Shown one piece after another: positions 23,975-37,740 of a stretch of 64,000 nt of DNA. Each line of letters starts with the position of its first letter. Within the stretch, counting starts at the first letter, position 1. A model generated the notes under the pieces. That model was given only the letters and a program-made list of their open reading frames with translations, was not told the origin of the DNA and did not search any database. Source of the stretch: Octopus sinensis (Eukaryota); NCBI RefSeq assembly GCF_006345805.1, contig NC_043001.1, forward strand, positions 39,060,001-39,124,000, written 5' to 3'. Made by a program: the position numbers and the translations under genes.

Positions 23975-25264
23975 TAATTCCACTACTTGATAGTTCTTTT
24001 GAACATAAGCAACATTGATGTGGCTTTTCATATGTCACAATGATGGGCACCTTTTGTAGTAGGTGTTTATAGTATTGCTTTGGTGAATTGTCATGGCATT
24101 TCACTCTGTTTCCTGATGCACTTTCTTTTCCACATTCACTGCAAGTAGAGATGCTGCACAATGTATAGTTAATAATGTTCCTGTGTGTGTGTGTGGCTTC
24201 TCTGGTGACTTCTATGGTATGTCTGTCTAAGAAACAACCACATTTGTTACATGTTAAACCAACATTCTCAGGCAAATTAACATCAAGACCCTTATGAACA
24301 TCTCTCTTGAGATTTTCATGCTCAGTACAATTTCATTCAAATTCCTTCCAGTGATGATGCACTGCTTTTATATATAAGGAATGATCTAGAATGATGTTTT
24401 CCCATCTATTTTCCAACATTTTAACTTTTTCCAGTATATTCTTGATGCAGTTCTTATTTCATTTAAGATTGTGTGCTGGTCTTTTACCCTGACCAAACTT
24501 ACAACATATAAATTGCTAAGGAATCCAACGATCTTCCATCTTGACCATATAACCACTGCATCATAATCTTGAACTACAAGAGACTATACACTACTAGGCT
24601 TATTGAATTCAAGGAATTTGTCACTTATGTTTGTTACTGAACATTTAGTAGATGACAGCCTATTCATATTTCTCTAGTAAATAACAAAGATCTGACAAGA
24701 CTATCGCAATAAAAACAAAATACAAGTATTGCAGACTTTTGATTTTGTCACAACTGAAATTCCATACCAAGACCATAAACTTCTAACAAATTTTCCAAAT
24801 GCATCACTGGCTTTCTTGATATGGTGGGAAATTTCATTATCAAGAGTATTCGTCATTTTCACAGTACTGTCTAAATACACAAATTTTTCCACAAGCAACA
24901 ATTTCTGTCCATATACATAAACACAAGAGTAGGCTTTACCTTGTGCACATTGGTATATTATGACTGTCTTTTGTAGGCTGGTTGTTAGGCTCAATGCATT
25001 GCATGCTGTTGAAAAGGAGTCCATAAGATGCTGCATATCATTCTGGGAGTGAGCATCAAGATCAATATTAAAGTCATCAATATACAGGGATTTACATATA
25101 AGAACACTTTAATTTTGGCAGCAACATCATCCCCATTGTTCAGTATCCGATATAGAAACCATGTAAGCACTCCTCAAAACCATCGACAACACTAAAGAAA
25201 ATACAAGGCAAATGAAGTTGGTGTGTGGTGGGTGTGTTTGTGGGTGTTGGTGGTGTGTGTGTGT

Positions 25265-25298
<34 letters not shown>

Positions 25299-25590
25299 GT
25301 GGCTTGTTTAACACCATTTCAAACACATACTCTCAATTCTATCATGAAAACATCTAGAGGGAGACACACACTTAACAGGACACCGAAGCTTCAGAACACT
25401 CCATAAAGAATTTCTATTTACAGGATCAAAAGTCTTCTTCAGATCAACAGAGACTTCATACAAGTCCAGCTTCTGTTCATTGCATTTCTCTTGAAGTTGC
25501 CTGACAGGATGCAAAACAAAAATCCTATCCAATATCACTCTGCCACTTCTGAAACTACACTGAGACTCCAGAAAGCTCCTCAGCATGTTG
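23975..25590 (-). mobile_element. BovB-like RTE, decayed 3' half, with probable extra C2H2 fingers
   Basis: ESQCSFRSGR...SVDLKKTFD (25308 ORF), EKFVYLDST (24701 ORF), then CNKCG...SHQRSH, CSECGKESASGNRVKCH and EKPHQCCLCSK. Confidence 0.75.
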
Positions 25591-25721
25591 CTGGAAAGTC
25601 AATCCAGAATGAAACAAAACCTTGCTTATAAGAGAAAGAGAAGATAATTACTGTGGAATTTCTCAACTCTCATTTGTAGACAAGGTGTGGTGTATGTTTA
25701 TATTTATGTACATCTAAGTAT

Positions 25722-25960
25722 ATCATCATCATCATCATAATAACATCTGTTTTCCATGCTGGCATATGTTGGAAAGTTTGACAGGAACTGACAAGGCTAG
25801 AAGCCACAACAATGTTCATTGTCTGTTTTGGCATGGTTTCTGCAGCTGGATGCGAACCACTTTACAGATTGTATTGGTGTTTTTATGTGGCCCCATCACC
25901 AGTGCTTTTTACATGGTAACAGCAATAACAGGTCAACAAGTACCTTGCCAACACAAAATA
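25722..25960 (-). mobile_element. RTE 3' terminus fragment
   Basis: (CAT)n, ttttccatgctggcat, gctggatgc, tgcttttttacatg. Confidence 0.75.
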
Positions 25961-26102
25961 CCCTACCAACTACCGAGGGGAGTATAGCTTTGTAGCAATT
26001 GTGAGATTTAAAGTACAGAGGACAGATAGGTGTCTTGCTGTAGTAGGAATGACATGGATACGCCATGCCTTGCTGTAGAGGAGTTACATGGATAATATAC
26101 AC

Positions 26103-28552
26103 ATCATCATTGCTTAACATCCGTTTTCCATGCTAGCATGCGTTGGATGGTTCGACTAGGGTCTGGGAAGCCAGGAGGCTGCACCAGGCTCCAGTCTGAT
26201 CTGGCAGTGTTTCTACAGCTGGATGTTTTTCCTAACGTCAACCACTCCATGAGTGTAGTGGGTGCTTTTTATGTACCACTAGCACAGAGACCAAAAGAGG
26301 ATGGTACACGGCCACGATTGGTTGGTGCTTTTCACATGTCACTGGCACGGACACCAGTCAAGGTGGCGCTGGCATTGGCCACGTTTGGATGGTGCTTTTT
26401 ACATGCTACTGGCACGGGTATCGCAACTACAATTTCCACTGATTTTTATTTTGATGTAGATGTACTTAACTCAATAGGTCTCCTCAAGCACAGCAGGTTG
26501 CCCTACGATCCAAGGTAAGCACAGCAGGCTACCCTGTGAACCCTGAACTCACTTCATTTGTTGGATCTTTGCAGTCACAGCATATCTCAGGGGTCTTGGT
26601 CTTTTATCATTGCCTCTGTGAGGCCCAACGTGCCACCAACATGGGTATCACAACTACAATATCCATTTGATTTTTATATTGATGTTGATGTATTTCACTC
26701 AATAGGTCTCCTCAAGCACAGCAGGCCATCCTGCAAGCCATGAACTCACTTCATTTGTCAGGTTTTCTCAGTCACAGCATATCTCCAGAGTTCTCGGTCT
26801 TTTGTAATGGCCTCTGTGAGGCCAACATTTAAAGGACATGCTTGACCACTTCATCCCATGTCTTCCTGGGTGTACCTCTACCCTGGATTCCTTCAACAGT
26901 TTGGGGGTGGTACTTCCTCACACATCTCTCCTCATCCATCCATAGTACATGACCATATCAATGCAAATGTTTCTCCTGCAAGCCACATCCAATGCTTCTT
27001 ATGTACAACATTTCTCTCAGGGCACTTACACTCTGTTGTGCATGCACACTGACATTACACATACAGTATATCATGGTAGCTTCATTTCTTTTGAGCCTAC
27101 GCATGTCCTCCAGAGTCACGGCCCATGTTTCACTGCCATGAAGCATGGCAGTTCACATACATGCATCATGCAATCTACCTTTCACTCTGAGCGAGAGACC
27201 CTCTGTCGCTAGTAGGGGAAGAAGATTTCTAAACTTTGACCAGGCTATTCTTATTCTAGTGGTAACACTCTCTGAGCATCCACCCCCACTACTAACTTGG
27301 TTGCCTAGATAGCGGAAACTATCAACTACTTCTGGAGTGTGATGGAATCTGTTTTCTGAGTATCTGTGGTATCTATTGCCCCTGTGCATCTGCCGCACAC
27401 GAAAGCTATCTTCTTGGTTAATCTTACTATGATGTTGCTGCACCTCTTATGTGCCCTTAGCTTACACTGGGTACATCCTATAGAGTTTCTACCTACACCT
27501 TTTCTACAGATTGAGCAGGGCCACCTGAGGCGGTGTGGGATGTGTTCGCCTTCCTACTTACTAGAACTTTGGTCTTTGCTACATTGATTCTAAGGCCATT
27601 TGATTCTTAACTTAGCTTCCACACACAAAATTTCTTTTCTAGTTCTGGTAGTGATTCTGCTATGAGGGCCAGGTCATCAGCATAGAAAAGCTCCCAAGAA
27701 CAACCCATTTTGAATTCCCCTGTTATTGCCTAGAGGACTATCATGAATAAAAGGGGACTGAGGATTGGTGGACCCCCTACTTCTACCCGGAATTCTTCAC
27801 TATACTCATTGCCAATCCTAACCTTATTAATGGCCTCTCTGTAAAGGGCCTGTACAGCTCTTATTTACCATTCGTCAATCTCCAGTTTTCGCATCGCCCA
27901 CCAGATAAGGGATTGGGGGACCCTGTCAAAGACTTTCTCCAAATCCACAAAAGCTAAGTATAGGGGTTTATCTTTAGCTAGGTATTTCTCCTGCAGTTGT
28001 GGAACCAGGAATATGGCATCAGTGGTGCTTCTACCCGGCACAAAACCGAACTGCATCTCATCTAAGGAGACTCTCTCTCTGATGAAATGGACTATGACCC
28101 TCTGATGAGATGGATTTGCACCAACCACAGACTTAGTCTGTGGCACTCAGCAAGCTGTCCTGTAGGAATTTCCAGCTACCTTCTATGTCCGATGTCTGTA
28201 ACTCCTCCTCCCTCTCATCAAATTTCTTGATGAGGATGTCCCTAAATCTCTGACCATGTGAAGGGTTCTTTAGCTTCCAAATCCTTCTCTTTTGGATTGG
28301 TCTGCTTCTTGGTATCCTCCTGGCCTAAAGTCACCAATGACTAGCCTATGCAGGGGGGGGGGTTTATTCTTCACCCGGAAGGGTCTTTGTATTTAAGAGC
28401 AACCTTGAGTCCCGCTGTCTGGTGAGGATGAAATCAATCTGGCCAGTAGAGTCCCCTGATTGATAGGTTATAAGGTGGCTGACTGGCTTCCTGAAGTGAG
28501 TGTTGCAGATTAAAAGTTTACATGCATCACAGAACTCCAGAAGCCTGGTTTC

Positions 28553-28555
<3 letters not shown>
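26103..28555 (-). mobile_element. RTE-clade LINE, 5'-truncated with internal deletion and duplicated 3' UTR block
   Basis: LDEMQFGFVPGRST...LAFVDLEKVFD (27865 ORF) and VVDSFRYLG (27153 ORF); 3' UTR block repeated at about 26415-26505 and 26640-26730. Confidence 0.9.
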
Positions 28556-28601
<46 letters not shown>

Positions 28602-28814
28602 CACAGATGAGATCCAGAAAACACTTAACAGTGCTCAAAAGATTCAGACTTAGACTCTGATGTCTTTACAGGGGATCATTTCACAATGTAAAGAAAGGCT
28701 ATAAGAGGGATCTGGTTAAGCAGGTATAGAAGCAATTATGGGGATAAACAAATTGGACACATCAAATATATTAAATACATCAAATAAGAAATATGTATAG
28801 ATATAAAACAAGAG

Positions 28815-28815
28815 A

Positions 28816-28851
<36 letters not shown>

Positions 28852-28857
28852 GTGTTC

Positions 28858-28910
<53 letters not shown>
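28815..28910 (+). repeat. (TG)n microsatellite
   Basis: Read directly. Confidence 0.95.
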
Positions 28911-28913
<3 letters not shown>

Positions 28914-28919
28914 GTAGTT

Positions 28920-29660
28920 TTCTGTGAGTTGAGGACTTTTTGTGATTCACTTTGGATCTTGACAACAATGTTAAAACAGCAACCTTTGAGCTGCATTTTC
29001 ATCTCGGGGAAGAGATGGGAATCTGAAGATGATAAATCTGGCAAATAGGGCAGTTGCAGAAGAGGTACCATATTGCTTTATGAGAAACTCATGAGTGAGG
29101 AGAGTTCAGTGACAGTGTGCATTGTTGGCATGAAGAATCCATTTCTGCATGCTCCACAGATATGGTCACTTCCACTGAATGTCCTCCCTCAAATGCTTCA
29201 AAACATCATGGTAGAACTCTCAACTGACCATCTGGCCTTGGGGGACAAATTATCGATGCACAATGCCACATTTTTGGGGTTGATACTTGTGGCAGATCTT
29301 CCAGAAAACTCATCATCTTACAGGGAAGTTCTACTTTTGAAGTGCCCATGCCACAAGAAACATTGCATACAACCCATTGCATCATCACCATAAGCTTGCA
29401 GAAGCATGCCCAATGTTTCTTCAACAGACTTCCCAAGTTTAACACAAAATTTCCCATTGGTTCTTTGTTCTAGGCCATGAAAAAATCACAGACTACAGCA
29501 TACATGTAATCACAAATCACAAATTTCACAACTTGTGAAGTAATCTGCACTCTGCCTTGTGAAAGCCATTGCTAACTTTGTGTACATAAACTGCATGCTG
29601 CCATCTGTTGGCAAGCTATGAATTTATGGCTGATTCAGCAAAATACTAATGTACAAATTA
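28920..29660 (-). mobile_element. Mariner element, internally deleted and decayed
   Basis: KFCVKLGKSVEETLGMLLQAYGDDAMG...SGR (HTH) joined to LPYLPDLSSSDSHLFPEMKMQLKG (YSPDLAP.D motif). Confidence 0.85.
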
Positions 29661-29874
29661 TAAAATACAAAGGCAGACTACAGCATACATGTAATCACAA
29701 AAACACAAATTTCACAACTTGTGAAGTAATCGCAGTTATGTCACTCAGCACTCTGCCTTGTGAAAGCCACTGCTAGCTTTGTGTACATAAACTGCATGCT
29801 GCCATCTGTTGGCAGGCTATGAATTTATGGCTGATTCAGCAAAATACTAATGTACAAATTATAAAATACAAAGG
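29489..29874 (+). repeat. Tandem duplication (185 bp + 201 bp) of the mariner 5' end
   Basis: 29489-29673 is repeated at 29674-29874; the second copy carries about 16 extra bases. Confidence 0.9.
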
Positions 29875-29949
29875 CAGCTATACACAATATAAAACCGTAA
29901 AGCAAAAATTCGATTGTCTCTTATTGTGACTGAGGGTGCCAGGTAGCAC

Positions 29950-31960
29950 ATATATTGTAAGAAATAAGAGTTATAAACCTTTAGAGCTATGTTGGAACAG
30001 AAGTGGGGCCCCATTTTACAAGAGGAATCTAAGACCAGCTTCACTTCAGAATTACAATATGCTGATGACCTTGCTCTCATAACAGAATCTGTAGGAAAGT
30101 TGGAAAAGAATTCCAGGTGTGGAAGAAAACCCCGGAACTGAGTAGCCTTTAAGTGAATTTAGGAAAGACCAAGGTTCTAGAAAATAAGAATATAGATAAG
30201 ACTCTACCCATTTCAGGTAAATGGCTATACTCTATATGAAGGAAAGGTATAGGCAGGAATTCCATACAGTATACCCAGTGAAAGCAATGGATAAACAAGA
30301 CATGCAGTGGAAACACAGAAAGGTTAATGGAGAGAGAAGTGTTTCTACAAAGAAAATGCATAGGAGCCATGAAGTCTACAGATACATGAGAAATTGATTT
30401 ACTGACATGCCCAACTAGAGGTAGTAGATAATTTCTGCTATCTGACTAATTAGCAGTGGAGGGAGATGTTCTGAAAGTGTAATTGATCAAATAAGAAGAG
30501 GATGGAAGAAATCAGAGAGCTTTTATCTCTGTTGGCAACAAAAACTCTCTCTCTCTCTGAGTGAAATGAATGGCAATGCTATAGTGAGACATGCAAGTCT
30601 GGAGAGGTACAGTCTAGTATTCTCCATTTGGATGTGCCATACCTTGTGCATATAAAGAAAGTGTAATCTATTGAGTGGAAAGTTAGGTGTAAGAGGAATT
30701 AGATATAGTGTGCAAGAGAGAAGACTGCATTGATTTGATCATGGGATGCTTATGGACGAGGACAGTTGCATAAAGAAGTACTGAGCACTTAAAGTGGATG
30801 AAACTTGTGGAAGAGGAAGACCGAGAAAGACATAGAATGATGTATTGAAGGCTGATCTCAAGATGCTCAGTCTTACAAAGATGACAAAGGACCAAGATGA
30901 TTGATGGTTTTTGTACTTAAGAAGGCCATCACCACAGTAGAACTGATATCCTGAAACCACATTTGTAAAGCTTGGACATGTGGAGCTCTGCCCCAACTCC
31001 ATTCTCTCCCCTTCATTTAAATTTCTCTAACCTCTCATCCATTAACATTCATCACTTCTCTATCTATAGTATTACTATCTATAATATTACTCAGCTGCTG
31101 TAATCACCTGAGAGCAAGTTCTACTCTCAGGCACATTCATCCCCTCCCTTTTGGTTATCTTCTTCCTCTTTCCCCTGGAACCACTTCCATTTCTCACTGT
31201 TTTCACCAATTACCGCCTTTTATTGCCTTTAGCTACTGCTCTCTCTCCTCTTTGCTACACTCCATCCTTAACACTTTATTTTCTATCCTCACTCTTAATG
31301 CCTTCACATATCTACCATAGTCTTTATGCCACCCCATCTTGAGCCACTCCTATATCTCCCATGTTCACTTAATATGATCACCTCTACCTCTCTCTACTCA
31401 CACTCATATGAAATTTGCCCTTCTATTACCCACTGCCGATTCACTGTACCACTTAAGGTATATTTACCCCCCATTGTACCTGGCAGGTATGTCCCAACAC
31501 ATGTCTACCATCATTTCTCTCACTCTCTCTCTTTCTCTATCTTTCTCCCTAACTCTCTCTCTCTCTCAATCATACTCCCTGTCTCTATCTTTATCCTTCT
31601 GTCTAACTGTCTCACTCTTTAATTCCTTTCTTTTCCAATAGGGTTATCGATATATCTCTTCTTCAGCAAGACACTTATATTTATCACATGATCAAACGTT
31701 TTAAGCTCTCATCAACTAGCACAAAGCCACTTCCCTCAGTATTCCTCCTCTGGGGTCTTTGTCTAGTAAGTTACTTAGTATTTCCAGTGGGGCTGATGCA
31801 ATGTAAAAAGCACCCAGCACATTCCATAAAGTGGTTAGTGTTATGAAGGGCATCAACAGTAGAAACCATGCTAAAGCAGACAATAGAGCATGGTACAGTC
31901 CTCTGGCATACCAGATCCTGGCAAACTATCTGACCCATGGATGTTAAAAGTTGATGATAT
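29950..31960 (+). mobile_element. RTE-clade LINE, old decayed 3' part with CT-rich 3' UTR
   Basis: caatatgctgatgaccttgctctc (YADDL), PHD-like relic, gaaacttgtggaagaggaagaccg (TCGRGRP), terminus at about 31790-31960. Confidence 0.75.
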
Positions 31961-32096
31961 ACAAATATATACATATTACACATACATATACATAAATACA
32001 CACATGCACACACACACACATATACACACAAATACATACATATATGCACACATATAGAAATACATTCAGACAGACAGACAGATATATACACACAAA

Positions 32097-32163
<67 letters not shown>

Positions 32164-32199
32164 TTAGAAATGTATAAAATTCAGAACAGATGAAATTCT

Positions 32200-34750
32200 T
32201 ATGAGACAAGGAAACAGAGCAAATCCTTAAATGAAGCGAAGTTCCAGCAGGACCAAATGTGACTAAGTGGTAGAACAGTGAGGTAGATAGGGCCATAAAA
32301 ACAAAGTGACAGGCTTGGGAAGAGTGGGAAAATAGTGGTAGCAAAGACCTGTCAAGTTGTTGAAAGGAAAGCTAAGCAATAAATTTATTTAGAAACGGCA
32401 GAAGCAGAAAGTAAGAGGTTTGCCAGTGTCTTACAGCATGAATATGAGAGGCATGAGATACTCGGGATTGTAAGACAGTGTAAAAATGAGAATCAAGATG
32501 TGGGAGAGATGTGTGCATACCTGGGAAATGACATGCTTGCTCTTAGTGTTTCTGAAAAGAGAGATGCATGGAAGTGCTACTCTAAAAGGCTATTAAATGT
32601 GGAAAATGCAGAGGAGAAAGAAAGTTTCCTCAATGTTGATCTTACAGACGGACCAGCCATCCTAGCTGACAGCATTATGATAGACAAGGCAATAAAGGAT
32701 ATGACTGTGGAAGCTCCTGGTCCATCAGAAATTACTGCTGAGATACTTAAAATATCTGGCAGAGTAGGTTACAGCCTAGTCACCTGTATAATTAATCAGT
32801 GTACTCAAGGTATCATAGCCAAAAACTGGTGTTGCAGCATTAAAGTCAGCTGTTACAAGGATAAAGGGAATGCCTAAAGTAATTCCAAATTACTGGACCA
32901 TATTATGAAAGCTACACAGAGAAAGAGAGAGAGAGAGAGTTACAGCCCAGTTAATCAAAAACAGAATTAAACTAGATGAGATACAGTTTGCAGAAGTATT
33001 TAGTTAAGAGTAAATCATTATACTTGGCATTTGTTGACCTGGAGAAAGCTTTGCAGAGTCCTTTGCTCTATGATTTGGTGGTTTTAGAAGAAGCTAGTGG
33101 TAGACAAATGACTTGTGAAAGCCATACAGTAAAATGAGAGTTAGGTATGAGTTCAGTGATGAATTTACAGTACAAGTAGGGGTCCACCAAGGATTAGTTC
33201 ACACTCTCTTCCTATTCACCATTGTCCTCCAGGCCATAAAAGAGAATTTTAAGACTGGCTGCCCCTGGAAACTACTATAAGCTGATGAATTTATTCTCAA
33301 AGCAGAATCTGAAGTAGAATTAGAAAAGAAATTCCAGGTGTGGAAGCTTAACATAGAATCAAAAGGCCTTAAAGTTAACTTAGTGAAAACCAAAATTCTA
33401 GTAAGAAAACAGGACAGGTCTCTATTCTGTTCAAGTAAATGACACTTACACTTTGCTATATGTAGGAAATTATAACCAGGAATTCCATACAGTGTATACA
33501 GTGTAAGCTATGGACATACAAGAGGTGCAACTGAATGACAAGAAGGCTAATGGAGAAAACAGATTTTGCATTTGGAAGATACATGGGAGCAATGAACACC
33601 TACATACAAGATGTCTTGAATGAACAGGAGGCAGTAGATAGTTTCTGCTATCTAGGTGACATAATTAGCCATGGGGGACAGTGTTATGACAGTATAGAGG
33701 ATAGAATAAGAATAGGATGATTAAGTTCATAGAGCTATTACCATTGTTTGCTACAAAACTTTTCTCTCTCTGAGTGAAAGAAAATTTTAAATGCAGAAGA
33801 TATGTGAAGACTAGGGAGGAATAAAGCTAGTAGGCTCCATTGGATGTGTAATGTCAGTGTGCATGTACAACAAAGTACTGAGTTAATGAGTGAAAAATGA
33901 AGCCTAAAAGAAATCAGATATAGTGTGCAAGAGAAATAACTGAGCTGGTTTGGTTATGTAATGTGTATGGAAGAGGACAGTTGCATAAAGAAGTGCCAGT
34001 TACTCAAAACAGATATAACTTGAGGAAGAAGGACCAGGAAGACATGGAATGTAGTAGTGAAGGCTTACCTCAAGATGTTTAGCCACTTACAGAAAATAAC
34101 AAAGGACTGAGAAAATTGACTATTCACTATGCCTCAGAAGACCAGCCCACCACTTTTGTCTATCACTCACTACATTCACCTCTGCCTCCATCTCTAACAA
34201 TATGTTACTTCTCCCTCATACTTTTACGAACTTATCCATTCTCCCCTCCCTTTCCCAGACCTACTGTCTACATCATGTCTTATGCTCACCTTGTACCTTA
34301 AGAATTTGTCTTCACACTGCATCACTATTTTCTTTTACCACGTCCCCAACTGCTCCCATCTACCTCTATGTAATGTTGAGTAGCTATATACCTCCACTAT
34401 AGTAGGACACCTGTGCTTATCCCTCTATCATACTCTAGCCTTTCAACACCTGGTATAAAGCAACCACTCCATCTCAAATACTCTCCCCCACCACTTAGTA
34501 GCAGGAGCTTTTTCTTTCAATTTTTTCCTTGTTCTCTTGTCTTGCAAGTCACTTGGTGACCACACCAGTGCTGGTGGCATGAAAGAAGTGCACAATACAC
34601 ATTGTAATGTGGGTGGCATTAGTAAGCTCATCCAGCTGTAGAAATCATACTAAAATTAACACTGGAACTTGGTACAGCGCTGCAATATGCTGGATCGTGC
34701 CCAACCATCCAACCAATGCCAGCATGAAAAATCGATGTTAAATAATTATC
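32200..34750 (+). mobile_element. RTE-clade LINE, old decayed
   Basis: KRDAWKCYSKRLLNVEN (32500 ORF), LAFVDLEKA and AVDSFCYLGDII; CT-rich UTR and terminus. Confidence 0.8.
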
Positions 34751-34781
34751 ATAATTATCTCACACACACACACACACACAT

Positions 34782-34835
<54 letters not shown>

Positions 34836-34849
34836 CACACATTCAGTGT

Positions 34850-35345
34850 CTGGGCTAAATTTGACAGTTTGCATAAAATGAAAAGAAAACTCATAATCCC
34901 ATCCAAAAATAAAGAATTTAAAAATATTAAGAAGAATATCTTCTAGATTATGACTGGGAGATAATAATTTACTCAAAGTAGTCACCTCTAGCTTCCATCA
35001 CTGTCTCAAAATAGCTCTGGATGACTTCTTTGATCTTGGCTACCAGCTCAGCTTTGGTGTTGCAGGCAGAGCATTTGGTGTCTTTCTCAATCATGTACCA
35101 TGCATAGTAATCCCTGAGATTACAATTGGGGAAAGTAGGAGACCTGAAACTGGAGCTGGTGAAGTCACAGGAATTTTCCAAAAACCACTTCTGACTCTTT
35201 CTGCAGATACAGCAAGGAACTGAATCCTGCTGCTATACATATGGCCTTCCTGGATCAACCTTATCCAGTCAGGGTTTAATTAGTCTACAGCAGCTTCACA
35301 TAACCAGCAGTCTCCAGTAATTGAGCCTACCATCACAGTTATTCA
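34850..35345 (-). mobile_element. Tc1/mariner transposase C-terminal fragment (QQDSAP / WPPNSPD type)
   Basis: GRPYV*QQDSVPC...KSQKWFLEN...PNCNLRDYYAW...NTKAELVAKIKEV...EARGDYFE*. Confidence 0.8.
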
Positions 35346-36081
35346 ATTGACTAAACTGAATTTTAGAAGCCAGCTTCTATATATGGCTGAAGCAGGAAAA
35401 CTGAAAATGGCTTGAAAGTCATAAACACGCTGACGGGAAATAACATCATTAGGTGAGACAAGCTGACTGAATCAGCTTCCCTGACTGACAGGTGACGGTC
35501 GTTTAGAAAAAGCGCAGTCTAAAACTATGTGCCTTCACTAGTCAGTTAAGGTGAGACAGTGTCACATGACAACTTGCTGGGGCTGCCTGCTGGAGCCTAT
35601 GCAGCAGGTATTTAAATGGAAAAATTTGACAAGACAGTCAGTCACTGGCTGACACTCACTGACGATACATCGAAGAGGCCAGGGAACAGAAGAAAAAAGA
35701 AGAAAGAAGACATGCACCCAACACCAGAGCTGAAGACACCTCCGAAAGGGGGGGGGCTGCCACGTTAAAACGATAGAGGAGTAGGGGCCAAAACCGGACA
35801 TGGTTCCTCCTGATGATGTCTTGAGCTAACTGGATCCTATAAAGGTGCTGTTGTGGTAGCAGACCACGAAAAAACGGTTGTAATTCCTATCAAGTTACAT
35901 GTGCCATCATGATTTTAATTCAGTAATCATCACAACTGTCCAACAAACAGAAATGTGAAACTGTGAAATAGTCTTGTGAAAATTTTTCAGCTTTAATAAA
36001 AGTATATAACTCTACCTTAGGTATCTGAGCACTATGTTTTCCATTAATGTGCTTACTTGTGTGTGTATTTTCATATATATA

Positions 36082-36133
<52 letters not shown>

Positions 36134-36139
36134 GTATAT

Positions 36140-37100
36140 ATATGAAATATGCAGATGACATCAAGCTGTACCTCGAAATAAAGAGGTCAGATCCTGTACA
36201 CTATAGATCTCTATTGCAAGCAGACCTGGACACAATGCAGCAGTGGATCATGGACTGGCAACTCAAGCTGGCTGTGGACAAATGTACCACCATGCATTTT
36301 GGGAGGAGAAACCCAGCATCCACCTACTCCCTCCACAACACTAGTCTCAAAAAGTTTTCATGTGAATGTTACCTGGGTGTTATTGTCGACAGTGATTTGC
36401 GTTGGACAAAACACATCGCTAAAATAGTCAAGAAGGCTGAGGGTGTCTTGGCATCACTCACCAAATCCTTTGTGAGCCGCTCTCTGACTATCTATCTGCG
36501 GCTTTATATAGCTATGGTAAGACCTCACCTGGAATTTGCATCACCGGTCTGGAACCCCTATCTTGCCCAGAATATCAATCGTCTGGAAGCCGTTCAGCGA
36601 CGTGCAACCAAAAGAATACCCTCCATCAGGCATTTGCCATATCCTGAACACCTTACTTCCCTGGGCATGGACACATTGAAACTCAGACGTCTGGCAGCTG
36701 ACTTGGCAGACACCCATAAAATTATCAACCATCGTACAAACAATAACTCTGAGCACCTTTTCAAACTCCACCAATCTAAAACCCGTGGACATATTTACAA
36801 AGTCAGAAAATAGCACAGCTCCCATGACTTCAGGAAACATTTTTTCACACTGAGAGTTGCTGAAGCATGGAACAAACTGCCAGCATCAGTTGTTAGTTGC
36901 CAGAGCACTGCATCCTTCAAAACTTCCATGCTTCCTGAGATTTGCCAACACTACACCTGATTTCCTTCCCTCCATACACACAAGCATGTATCTGACTCAT
37001 ACATTGTTCGTTTTCCAGACATTTGTACATTACTGCATATACTCTGACAAGTTATGGTGCACCTGAACACTGTATACAATAATTTCATTATTATTATTTT
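36140..37100 (+). mobile_element. CR1/L2-group LINE, 5'-truncated, (ATT)n tail
   Basis: 223-aa open frame YADDIKLY...YLGVIVDSDL...VRPHLEFASPVWNP...AVQRRATK. Confidence 0.9.
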
Positions 37101-37740
37101 TATTTTTTATGTATATATATATATATATATATACATATGTATCATCATCATCCTCATTTAACATCTGTTGTCCATGCTGGCATGAGTTGGACAGTATGAT
37201 CGGGCTAATGTTTTTAAATGAATTTTTTTTTACTCTGTTACTTAGCCTGGCTGTAATGCTTTCATGTGATTAGTTGAAGGGAAAGGTGAAGAGTGAAAGG
37301 AAAAGGAGAGAGAAAAAGAGGGTAAGGCAAAAAGTGAGGGAGAATACTGTGAATTAAGTTTATAAAATAGTGCATATAGTATATTAAGTGTATATATAAG
37401 GTGCATTAAGTAATCATCATATTCCAATTTCCTTCACATTCCAATGATTAGCAGATGAGCAACTATCTTTTGATACAGACACAGCACAGTCTACACTTGC
37501 AGGTTTTTCAGATAAAGTTTTCAGAAATAACTCAATAAGTTTACCATTAATTCCATGAAATATTCATGGGTTCCACTAGTATATAATAATGTATGTATAT
37601 ATATCTGTATATCTCAATATTCAATAAAAGCAATTAAGATTCAAGTCAATTCCAATGAATTTACTTGAATGTGGTACTTAACTTAGATGCACCAGAAAAC
37701 TATATGGTGTTAACCAAACAGTAATGTGGGGTGATTATAA

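Noticed and set aside
35812-35870. CTGATGA...GAAA hammerhead candidate (also CTGAAGA...GAAA near 35725)
   Set aside because: No stem II can be formed between the core segments.
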